Source: Lepidodermella squamata (Eukaryota; Animalia; Gastrotricha). Taken from it: a DNA stretch of 64,000 nucleotides. The position numbers were made by a program, and so were the translations under genes. The stretch's first letter is position 1. Each line of letters begins with the position of its first letter. A model generated the notes under the pieces. The model had not been told where the DNA came from. It searched no databases and saw only the letters and a list, made by a program, of their open reading frames with translations. The stretch lies in NCBI GenBank assembly GCA_047495785.1, contig JBLDXI010000020.1:310001-374000 (forward strand). Reading direction: 5' to 3'. This document shows, in pieces, positions 41,397-51,448 of this stretch.

Positions 41397-41808
41397 GACC
41401 AACCACTTTACCTGCCCGTTATGTCCTCAAATAGTCGAAATTGCTGGGCTATAAAATAAATATTGGCAAGAAATGCTTATTGATCCCGTTGGCTCCTCGT
41501 AATAACAGGAAAAAAAATTAAGAAAGCGATGTGAACAAGGGCTTAGTTGTCAGGAAATGGTTACCAAAATTGTACGTAAACCTCAATAGGATCACAGCTA
41601 GGAAATGGACATTGGCGCGCCTTTCACCTCTTCAAACGGAAATTGATGCTTAGAGGCGTATTCGAATCTGAGTTCTTTGCGGACTGCATACCTGGCGTCT
41701 CGCACCGATTAGATTTCATCAATAACAAATAAAACACAATATTTAGAACGTAACGAATCCTTTATTGCGGCACGTAGAAATAAAAATTATGAGGACTCAA
41801 CAATAATT

Positions 41809-42625
41809 TCAATTTATTCCGAGCACTGAATTATTGAGCGGGCATATTGGCCAGACGCAAGGTTTATTGGCGTCAATAAAATGATCGAATTCAAGCTGCA
41901 AGTCTGTCTCCATTTCAAGTATTTTGTCCACGCTTTCAGCACTATAAAGAGAAGAAGCAATGGCGCGACGTTGATCGGCTTTCGACTTTCTCAAGTCGTG
42001 CGAACCGGAAGCAAGCAGTGTACCGGATGCAGCCGCCAGGCTTACTGTGAAAATAAAAATACTGACAAGTCTTTCTCGAATATTTCGTATTAGAGCGTAC
42101 GTTTTTCTATTGGAATGTATTCCTCAAAGCCAAAGTCTTCAACTTGATCTTCCACGTCGTCTTCATCCGTTGCCTGAATGACAATATCCGGATCCTCGCA
42201 TTCACCATCTGATTCTCCAATGAGATTATCGTTTGTGGCAGTTTTCATAGCTCGGTGCTTAGCTGCATCTGCAATTAAAAATAGGTTTGTAGCTAACGCT
42301 ATATATTGCAAAAAAACCTCTATTGCGGCGATGTTCTTCAGTTTGACGAAGGAATTCCAAATATTCAGATGAAACTTCATCATCATCTTCTTCTTCAGGT
42401 TCCAGTAAATCAGCCTGGACTTCACAGGTATTTTGCTGACTCCGTTGCTCTGCCAAGTCAACATGGCATTCACAGTCGCATTTAGAGCTACGGGAAATAT
42501 GAAGATTGCAGCTAATAATAATGGAAGCTGGAATGTTACCTGCAATTATGTTGCTCCATCCATCTCATTGCCGTCGCGTAATTATCCCAAAAATCTTTAA
42601 AGCTTGGTGCAGTATACCACGCCAT
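41809..42625 (-). CDS. GEMIN8: Gem-associated protein 8 (SMN complex)
   Basis: Exon 1 MAWYTAPSFKDFWDNYATAMRWMEQHN; middle EYLEFLRQTEEHRRNR; C-terminus LYS...KILEMETDLQLEFDHFIDANKPCVWPICPL, matching the three conserved Gemin8 blocks. Confidence 0.85.
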
Positions 42626-43183
42626 TCTAATAAATTGAATCAAAGATTAAGTCAAGAGAGTTCCTCAGATGACGGTGGGTTTCCGGGTAATGGTAGCCCT
42701 AGAAGTGTGGCCATAATTGCCCAGTAGTGCGGCGATTCGGCCGATTTTTGTTTTGCATGCAAGAGACATTCATCCAACAATCTAAGAACTTCCTAATTTT
42801 ACTTAGAGACTATGTTGGAGGATTGTATCCAGGTTAGAATTTCTATCACAATCAACTCGGAAGATGACCCAAGATCTATGATGAACTTAATGGAAGAAAA
42901 TAATAAGCCGAGATAACTCCCTCCAGCTGGCACAAATGCAAAAGTATCCCGTTAGATACTCGCAACTAGGAGCTGCAAATTGTCGACGATTACCCACGAA
43001 ACTTGATTTTCAAGTTGAACGGCAATAATCATAATGATCGAGCATTCATCGATCATCGATAGTTAGGTTTAAACTTTATGCGTGATGCATTTTTCACAAC
43101 TCCACATATGTCAAGGGCTAGTAAGTTCACAAGATCAAATGGATGATGAATCGCAGCTCTTCAACCTTGTTGTATTACCTTGT

Positions 43184-43535
43184 CACATTATAAATTGTCA
43201 GTTCACTATTTCCCCCTTTTCATCAACAATATCAAAAATACAAAATTGAAAGGACTGTGAATAACCGCATTATAAAACTAAGCAGTCGAAACATTTCTGC
43301 AAAGAAAAACGAAGTTATGATGAATTTGTTTTCAGCAGTATTGATGGTTCACCTAGATTACAAGTCGACGGCGATTATGTGCGATCGAGGCAGATAGGAG
43401 AACAATATTGCAGCTGAATCAAAATTAGCATCAAGTTTACCGGAGGTACGCATGCTTGAGGGTGGCTACAAGGAATTTTTACTTTTCCGAACTGGCTTGA
43501 ATATAAAGTCTGCAAGTAAAAAAAACTGTAAATAA
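43184..43535 (+). pseudogene. Possible decayed Cdc25/rhodanese-like phosphatase remnant
   Basis: LPEVRMLEGGYKEF at 43437-43478 resembles Cdc25 YPExYxLxGGYKEF; upstream fragments FSSIDGSPRL and HIINCQF weakly echo CEFSSERGPRM and IIDCRY; stops and frameshifts between them. Confidence 0.25.
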
Positions 43536-44241
43536 AAGCACAGAAAATATTTTATAGGCCACTCACCGAAGGAATCGTCGAGCATCTTCTTGTTCATTAC
43601 CCAATCTTTGACGAAGTAGTCGGATTTCACTAAATGATAAATAAACAGTAGTTATATGAAATAGTGCATCAAGAGCATAATTAACCGTTCAAGATCATCG
43701 ATTTTTTTCTCTCGTCTTTAAACAACAGGAGAACAAATGTGGTTACGCTAATTAGTATTGAAGACATACCCAGCCAAATTGCGTTTTAGATGTCGATTAA
43801 AACTAATGAATAAGGATACTTTTAGTGATAAAATTGATTAAGGTTGAAAATAACCTACCCAACCAGCTCATCCAATTCTCTACGCAACCTAGGTGCAAAG
43901 AAGAATTAATCTTCTAGCCGCTGCTATTGTTAAAGCTCACTGTATATTGCTTGTCTTTAGGGCTGCAACCTCTTGTGTTTGACGCTTCAGTTTAGTCATT
44001 AGACTAGTAAATATATAGATTATGAAATTTGATTAACAGTTATCTTCTAGTTACACTTACAACTCAGCATCTTCAGACATCTTGCTGACGACGTTGGTGA
44101 TGTCCCTATGTGAATTGTAACACCATATATATTTTGCCAATAATGAATAATAGGGCATTACGTGAAATTGTTTTCAGCCATTGCGACTGGACGAGCAAAC
44201 AATAAGCAAACAGCTGTAAAGGATATTAAAAATAACATCAT
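43479..44241 (-). CDS. Small secreted coiled-coil protein (124 aa) encoded by 8 exons, six of them symmetric micro-exons
   Basis: Exons 44241-44162, 44105-44061 (45), 44003-43941 (63), 43888-43859 (30), 43802-43770 (33), 43715-43686 (30), 43629-43567 (63), 43509-43479; seven GT-AG introns of 52-57 nt, all phase 2; 375-nt open frame: MMLFLISFTAVCLLFARPVAMAENNFTDITNVVSKMSEDAEFLMTKLKRQTQEVAALKTSNIQLRRELDELVGFNRHLKRNLAGREKKIDDLEREIRLLRQRLGNEQEDARRFLRLYIQASSEK*. Confidence 0.8.
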
Positions 44242-44310
44242 TTACACAGTATAATAAGAACATGGGTTGCAAAGACTACAACTCAGATGTTGAAAATTAG
44301 GATGAAGAAT

Positions 44311-44354
44311 AGGTTTAGGATTAGATTTAGGGTTAAGGGTTAAGGGCTATGGTT
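44311..44354 (+). repeat. Short degenerate TTAGGG-like array
   Basis: aggtttaggattagatttagggttaagggttaagggctatggttgatttaaggg. Confidence 0.35.
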
Positions 44355-44679
44355 GATTTAAGGGAATCTGATAAATCTATTTTTAAGCAATCTTGTACGT
44401 GTAATTCTACTTTGGCAGTTATAGTAAAGTCCTGAAGAAACCAGAGGTCAGGCTCTATAATATAAGTAATGAGGAAAGATTATGATGCTTATAGTTAAGG
44501 ACTTCCGGCTAATTCAAATAAGGGAAGTCTTTCGGCTAATTTAGACCAATTATTATACGATATTTCAACTCAAACTCAAACGTTTTCGTTTAACCGATCT
44601 TTTGCACCAATTAAACTATAATATAAACAATCCATAATTAAAATAGGTACAAATGACGGAACGAGCGACAACAGACAAC

Positions 44680-44693
44680 GTTTCTATAGCAAC
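44680..44693. promoter_or_regulatory. Candidate RFX X-box
   Basis: GTTTCTATAGCAAC fits the GTHNYY-AT-RRNAAC consensus; ~440 bp upstream of the micro-exon gene ATG. Confidence 0.45.
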
Positions 44694-44706
44694 GAGACAG
44701 GCAACC

Positions 44707-45497
44707 TACAGATACAGATACAGAAGTTTTATTGTGATTCTCAGAATCTACAATTTGTCGAAATGATCACGGGGTATCGAAGAAAAAACAAATAAAGCTA
44801 GAGAATGAAGGGTAGTAAGGATATCCACACACAGTTAAGAAAATAGATTGATCTCAAGTGGTCATCTCTTGGACTGTTCATGAATTACGACGGTCTAGTA
44901 TGCATCCTCAGCTGAGAGTTAATCTTTGATGATAGCTAAAGGTCAAAACTCAAAACCAACTTCGTGGTTCGTCCTAAAATACACTTAGGTATCTCTTTGA
45001 TTGTTTTGCGATCATATCTTCAGACCAGCATCGGAGCATAGAGGGGTGGAGGCGCGACTATTTGGTCGTCTGATAGCAAATCAGTATCTTCAGTAACTGA
45101 GGATGGGGCAATTTTCTACTGTTCTACCGTTTTGGATTATGGATTATGGAATATAGAAATAAAGATTATAGAGATATATCGACGAATTTGGCAGCTTGGT
45201 GTGTGTGCTTGAACGAATTCATTTGACGAATGAAATCAATCACATTATTCACACCGCGTATCGACATTCGCCAAGTTAGAAAACCGTTTGTTGGCTGGTG
45301 GTGGGTATTTGGTATTTGTGGTCAAAGGGTAGACAATGTGGTACTCTTGCCCTATTGGTTCGGGTCCATTTTCAGGAAACTCTTCTTCTGACGTGCTTCC
45401 TTCGCGGCTTCTCTTCCTCCTTCGTAAAAACTTTCCACCACTTCGCACCTTCCGCTCACACACACCTTACACTTCACCAGAAAACCGAAACCCAACT
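44707..45497 (-). mobile_element. Probable 3' fragment of a non-LTR retrotransposon (element B)
   Basis: Minus strand ends AATAAAACT-(TCTGTA)3 at 44733-44707, a poly(A) signal plus short tandem tail typical of CR1/L2-type 3' ends; a short ORF tail (...KKSFLKMDPNQ*, stop 45352) precedes ~640 nt of UTR-like sequence. Confidence 0.45.
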
Positions 45498-46723
45498 CAG
45501 GATCAGGATCAGGATTTACGATTTCTCCTCGCCCTGACGGACTCAAGCTTTCACCATAAGGCGGAGCTTGTGAGAAAATCGCGAGCTTACGCTCTAGGAA
45601 AGTTTGAACTGGTTTAATAACTACATAATTGAAATCCCTACCCCTGGTACTCCAGTTATTGCTGACTGTTTCTCCAGGGCCCAGGCATTAGTGCCCAGGT
45701 GGCTTTTCCACTCACTCAGCGAAGCCTACAAACGCCGTCGTAGCAAGAAAGCTACCAAAAGACTAGTTTGGAGGAATATTTACAAGAGTAGAGATAATTT
45801 ACAAGAGGTAATTCACGGAGTCAAAATATAAGATAATGTAATGACGGAGCTATAAAGAAAATAAAGTATATTACATTTGGTTGAGTATAGGCTTTGAAAA
45901 ATATAAATAGAAATTTGGAAAAACTCATTTAGTTCGGCACGTAGTTGTAGACGAAGGCGGCTTTGGAGTACGGATTGAACGCGACCTGCGGCTGCAGAGA
46001 GGCGTTGAGTTCCTTCTTCTTTCGCTCGCTATTCGCCTTGATGATGGCGTCGTGTTTGGCCTGTTCGCGTAGGAATTCGAGCGTGGCTTGCCGGCACGCC
46101 TTTGTGGTAGCAGACAGCCTGATCTTCGCTGGCAGCTGGTTCCACCACTGGATGGCCTTGGTTGGGAACGAGCGCTGGCCTGTGGCGAGCTTGCACGATG
46201 GCTTGACGTACTTCCCGGTGGCGGCGCCTCGAGTGTTGTGGTCATGCTGTTGGTTCATCGGCTTGACTAGCGACGAGAGTGCCTCGGGGGTCTCAGGATC
46301 CCTGCTGCACTTCCACATGGTTGTAGCCAGGTGGACCAGTCGTTTGCCTTGCAGATTCACCCATCGCAATCGCACGAGAACTTCATCGGCGGGCACGTCA
46401 GGACTGACGTCGAGAACGGCACGAACGGCTTTGTTTTGCGCGTGTTGAAGTCGATCCAGCTGGGTCTTGCAGCCCTGATCGATGACGGCGTCGCAGTAGT
46501 TGAACTTCGACCCGATGATGCCGTCGTACATCATTGTTCGAGTCTTCAGGTCGGTGTGCCGAGCCGCTTTACGTAGTGCGTAGGTACCACTTCTTGCGGC
46601 TTTGATCAGATGATCGACGTGCTTTTCCATGGTGAGCTTTGAGTCCAGATAGACTCCCAGGATCTTCACGTGGTCAAGTGGCGGCAGATCGACTTCACCG
46701 AATCGAATTTCTGGAGCAGAAGC
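45498..46723 (-). mobile_element. 5'-truncated CR1/L2-like LINE (element A) with 3' UTR and (ATCCTG)3 tail
   Basis: C-terminal part of ORF2, ~430-nt 3' UTR and tandem hexamer tail at 45515-45498; the last 200 nt recur at 53923-54122. Confidence 0.85.
45929..46723 (-). pseudogene. C-terminal fragment of LINE ORF2 (RT thumb and downstream region), no catalytic YADD
   Basis: HVKILGVYLDSKLTMEKHV, SKFNYCDAV, LQHAQNKAVRAVL, LRWVNLQGKR, HDHNTRGA, QRSFPTKAIQWWNQLPAKIR are CR1/L2-clade ORF2 C-terminal motifs. Confidence 0.85.
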
Positions 46724-46889
46724 CTGTTGGTTAGACAAAAACATATAATAACAACTTTTTGAAAACTTAGCGCCACAAAATCATTGTACGTTGTAGCACC
46801 ATTTTGATTTATTTGATGAAGAGATAAATATAACAAAATATACTCAAATGTCACGGTTGCGCGCGCCAACAGATTCCGCCAACGCAAGC

Positions 46890-47063
46890 GCTGTTTGATT
46901 ATTCTGGAGGAGAAGTTAGCGTAGAAAGCAATGTGCCCAGAAAGCAGCTGCTTTCCATGCAGTAAGCCGTAATGAGCGTATGCGTGGAAAACACTGCTTT
47001 CCAGGCAATTTGCCTGCTACGCACTAGCACTGCGCTCTAGGCACTGCTTTCCAAGCAAATTTC
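46890..47063 (+). repeat. MULE left TIR
   Basis: Reverse complement of 54418-54591 with few mismatches; contains repeated CTGCTTTCCA motifs and palindrome GAAAGCAGCTGCTTTC. Confidence 0.93.
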
Positions 47064-47561
47064 TCCCGGAGTGCTTAGAATGCATTCTTGGCTCATTTCG
47101 CGTAGTTTTGCAGGTTGAGAATTACTGTTTCTGATGTTTGGGACACTTTTCTGTTATTTTGTCTAATTTTCGTACTCACACGCTTTACTCTGTACTATCT
47201 GGGCGATAGTATTTTTGAATTATGCTATTAAATTATTATTCGAGTACATAATAGTTTGATAAGGGTGTCACGTGTGTATCCGGTACAAGGGCGGGTCGCG
47301 TGGCGATTCCTTTTGCATCAGCTGTGCAGCACTTTTGTGGCGCGACAGTCTTGTGGTGCGTAAGCCATGCCATAAAACACAATTAGATAAGGATAACTCT
47401 CTTAAGTATACCTGGAACTACGCTGTCTTGTATTCCCTGTATGAGAACTGTTTGCCAAGTTTGAACCGCAACTCTGTACATTGTTAACGTTTATTCTCTT
47501 TTAATCCATAGGCTTTCAGTTATTCGCTTTTGTAAGCTTATTATTGAGTTGTTTTCTATCA

Positions 47562-50500
47562 ATGAGTCTCTTCGACGAGATTCGTCGTATGAACAAGAAA
47601 GTCATAAAAAAGGATGACATTATCCTCGCTATGCCGCCAGCTTTTCATGGCGATTTGCTTCTGTTTGCTGCGGACTATTTGAAAAAATTGGAGAAGGTAT
47701 GCATTGGTACATTTTACTTCCAGTCATATCTGTTTGCTATCTTATCTTATAGGAGGAAAAACAGATTTATTCCCACCCTAAGGACCACCTGTATTTCGAC
47801 GAAGGAGAGGGGGGTGCTTTGAGAGCCGTTTCTTTCCGGTTAGTTGTTGATTTTGCGGTTAATTTAATTGCAAACATTTTTCTTCATCCCTAGCTGTGCT
47901 GCGGGTTTCTCCGATGAGGCGACGATTAACCCCCGAACCCAGCTAGGTTGCAAAGCCTTCAAGCGCTTCGTCTTGGTGAAGACAGCGCAGGAGTATTTTG
48001 TGGCTATTCGTTCCGGTCCTCAGCCTCACAATCATGGCGACAACCTGAATAACCAGGAAAGTGTGATTCGTCACCTGCGCCACGATCAGGAAACCCTCAG
48101 GGCAGTAGAAGATCTGGTATCTACGAAGCTCTCAGCCACTGAGATTTCGAAGAGATCCTGTGAAGCTGCTGTCCTGGAGAAGAACTCCATTGCCGATCGT
48201 CGCAAATGCCTTGATCAACTCGACGTATACTCGTTCAAAAGACGAATTATGTCGTTGAAAGGTGCGCGGTAAGTGATTTTTATTTACCATGGTATCAATC
48301 AGGGACTACTTGTATGTTACAATTGATAATAGACTGGACAAAGTTGAATTCCACAGTGTGGAAAAGCTGGTGGAAGCCGACAGGGGGAAGCAGGTTCAAG
48401 AAGTTATTCATTACACTCCCGGCGATTCTCCGTCCGGTTTTGTCTTGGCAATGATGACGCCTCTCCAGCAAGCTCTCGTTGCCAACAATGAGATTTACGA
48501 AACTGGATTTCTGGACGCGACTTTCAAGGGCGTAACAAAGCATAATTACGCTCTCTATGCCATCGCCGCCGTTCAGAAAGGAGTCGAAAAATCTTTGCCG
48601 CTTGCGTTTGCCATCTTGGAACATGACGATGAGGCCAGTTTACGCCTATTTCTCACAGCGCTTCGCGACAAATGCATCAGTCTTAATCCTGCGTTCAAGT
48701 TTAGGCATGCCTTATCTCACTATCTTTTCAGTCAAGAATTACTGGGGTATTTTTCAGGACGATTGTCATCGATAAAGACCAGAAGGAGATCTCGCTAATC
48801 AAAGAAATTTTTGATTGTTGCGTTGTCCTGTGCTACTTCCATCTGCTTCAGGTAATTGTTCGAATACTTAAATAGGATTTTTACAATGTGGCTGTGTTAT
48901 AGGCTGTAATTAGATGGCTTCATGGCGAAAAATCTGGTTGTTCCGGTCGCTCTGAGAAGGCCAAGGCGGAGCGTTGCGCTGTAATAGACCTGATAGAGAC
49001 CATTCGAGCGTCTGGCAACTACGAAGAAGTGCAGAAAAAGTGGCGAGAAGGCAGCCCGAATCTGTCGCCAAAAGTCCGCACGTATCTTTGGGAATTTTGG
49101 GTTCAGGAGAAATATGCTGTGTTGTGGTGTCGCTATGCGCTCAAAAATTACCATCTTGACCAGGCTACCAATAACATTATTGAGGTGTAATTACTGATTT
49201 CGACTGAAACGACTTTATTATGTTTTCTTTTTTTTATTACGGTAGAACTTCTGGTTTTGCCTGAAATACACTTTCTTGAAGGTTTGTCCAGCTAGCTATA
49301 CATCATTTTATTCATTTCTGTTATCTTGTATCATTTCAGGGTTCTTATAACCGCCGGATAGACGATTTGGTATTTTTGCTTTCTAACGAGGTCATGTCAT
49401 ATTACGCGCATCTAATGAACCTCGATGCCCACGGTCGAAAAATCTTGAAGCTGAAGCATAAGCCGGAGCAGTTGGCTACGAAGCAAGCTGACAACGACCG
49501 TTTCTGCTCTACGGTCGTCTGGGGCGATGACCTCGTTACCGTACCGTCGTTCACGCCCAACGAATTCGACATCAAGTACGAGGTGAACCCGGCAGAGCAA
49601 CGGTGTTCATGTGTCTACAGTATTCACGGAAATATATGCAAGCATTTGCATTTCGTGCGCAAGTTGAATCCGGATAAGGTAAGACTTGGTTATTTTCTTC
49701 TATAAAATAATGTTAATTTTGCGTGCGGTTCATTCAGATATCCGTTTACCGTGATCGTCTTACGAAGTCAATTGTCGACGAAGGCCTCTGCGACAAGTTG
49801 GGCGATGAGCTACGAGTGATGAGCCCAATTAGCCATCACGTCAGCCTGGTCGACCTGAAGACGATGAGATGCGACTGCATGGCGTCGAGTTATGCGCCGG
49901 ATAAGGAACTTTGTTGTTGTGTTATGGCCGCTCGCCAGCTATTCCCAGGTATATTATTAAACAGTTATTCGATTTGCTGTTTTGTCATTTCATATGATTC
50001 AATTTTCAGTTGAAGCTGAGGCTGCTGACCAACTGCTAGTTCAAGCTCGTTCCACTGCGCCTAGTGTGAAAGATGCGGTTGCGGCATTTTCAAGCAACAA
50101 GGTTGCTCCGGCAACCAAAATGCCTGCAACGACACGCAACGCTCATTTCTCGAAAACCGGAATAAAGCGCTCTGCTCCTATCGACCCGGACGAGCCAAGC
50201 TCAAGCGGCGATCATCTTGCTGATCACTGCACGAGTGCTGACCCCCTTGCTGATCATAGAGTGAAGAAATTCAGAAGCTCTAAAAGAGGAAGACAAACGC
50301 ACAACGTGATGGCGAATTTCAGACGCCAAAACTGTCCCTCTGATGTGCCTGCTGATGTTGCCGCGCGACTTGCGTCAACGTCAAATGCACCGGAACCGGC
50401 ATGCACTCCCACCTCGCGCCTCGTTGGCCTGAGTCTACCCGGTCTGCGTATTCCTGGCCCGCTGCTCGCTGGAACCGGTTTGCGTATTCCACGCCCGCCG

Positions 50501-50662
50501 CTCCCTGGAACCGGTCTGCGTATTCCTGGCCCGCTGCTCGCTGGAACCGGTTTGCGTATTCCACGCCCGCCGCTCCCTGGTGCTGGAATAGCGGTTGTTA
50601 GCCCTTCCGGTGTGGTGATTTTGCGCCCTCCGGGCGCGGCTAATACAAATAATATCAACTAA
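47562..50662 (+). CDS. MULE transposase, ~860 aa, 10 exons
   Basis: Exons 47562-47696, 47753-47838, 47894-48268, 48333-48698/48704, 48758-48851, 48903-49184, 49246-49281, 49340-49678, 49738-49948, 50010-50662 splice to one open frame. N-terminal C...C...HNH Zn module, D (FLDATF), D (VIDKD), CYFH, E (TNNIIE), NRRIDDLV, SWIM finger CSC-x7-CKH. Confidence 0.88.
50439..50580 (+). repeat. Coding minisatellite: four 36-bp units (two 72-bp dimers)
   Basis: Encodes alternating GLRIPGPLLAGT / GLRIPRPPLPGT in the transposase C-terminus. Confidence 0.9.
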
Positions 50663-51448
50663 ACTTTCGCTATTAGCTCTCCGCTTAATCCTTTGTGTTT
50701 GCTCAACATCCGGCTTCTTGCATCCGCATGTGTGCGCATTGTGCGCGATGAGTGCCACTTCTTACACACTCATTAGCGATGACCGCGCGGAATTCATACT
50801 CATAGTTGACTCGAGTATAATTGAAACGATGAATGCCTCTTTCAACTTCGACACTGTTTTTCGGTTGTAAAATGTCTTTCTATTTTGCCGCATCGTGCGT
50901 GGAAATTGTTTACTATTGTGAACAAATTGCGGCTCGAGCCCGGTTATGGTGATTAATAGATCAATAATTAAATTGTGATAACAGATAATTGCAATTCAGG
51001 CGTAATAAATTGCGGTTTTCTTGCATCCTTGTGTGACATGTCTCATACCTTACACACGTGATATGCAATTTCGTTTTTTTTTAAAGTGAAAATGATACCA
51101 AGCTTGATGAATAAACATTCCGTTTTCAGTACACTTGTGGTTTTTTTACATAAATGACCCGATGTTCATGTTTATGGAAATATCACAGCTGACGTTTCAC
51201 GCTACCCAAGTGCGTCATCCACTTGAGAGCGCGCTTCTTTTAGCGGCGGGACCAGCTCCTTATGTCGACTGGTTAATAGCAAGGCGTACAGCCTCTCATG
51301 TCAGGTGTGGGTAGCTTACCGACAAAGCGGCCTAACAGGTGTCGAAACCATGCCGATTTCAGAGTCCAAAACACGAAAACAAATTCGTATCGCATTTATT
51401 TTGCAATTTTGTAATTCACATTAAAAGTCATCATCATTATTCATCCTT

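Noticed and set aside
42652-42792. Short minus-strand frame ending just upstream of GEMIN8
   Set aside because: No start or upstream exon could be linked and no homology recognised.
44311-44354. TTAGGG-like run as a telomere or fusion scar
   Set aside because: Too short and degenerate; such runs are common in invertebrate repeats.
45530-45580. CTGACGG...GAAA with a hairpin, resembling a hammerhead ribozyme
   Set aside because: Core should be CUGAnGA; it does not match and stems I/III could not be built.
50439-50580. 36-bp repeats of CRISPR-like length
   Set aside because: Directly tandem with no spacers, in frame within a eukaryotic transposase.
50660-50900. Possible third MULE gene on the minus strand
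   Set aside because: Only short frames, partly antisense to the transposase repeat; no support.
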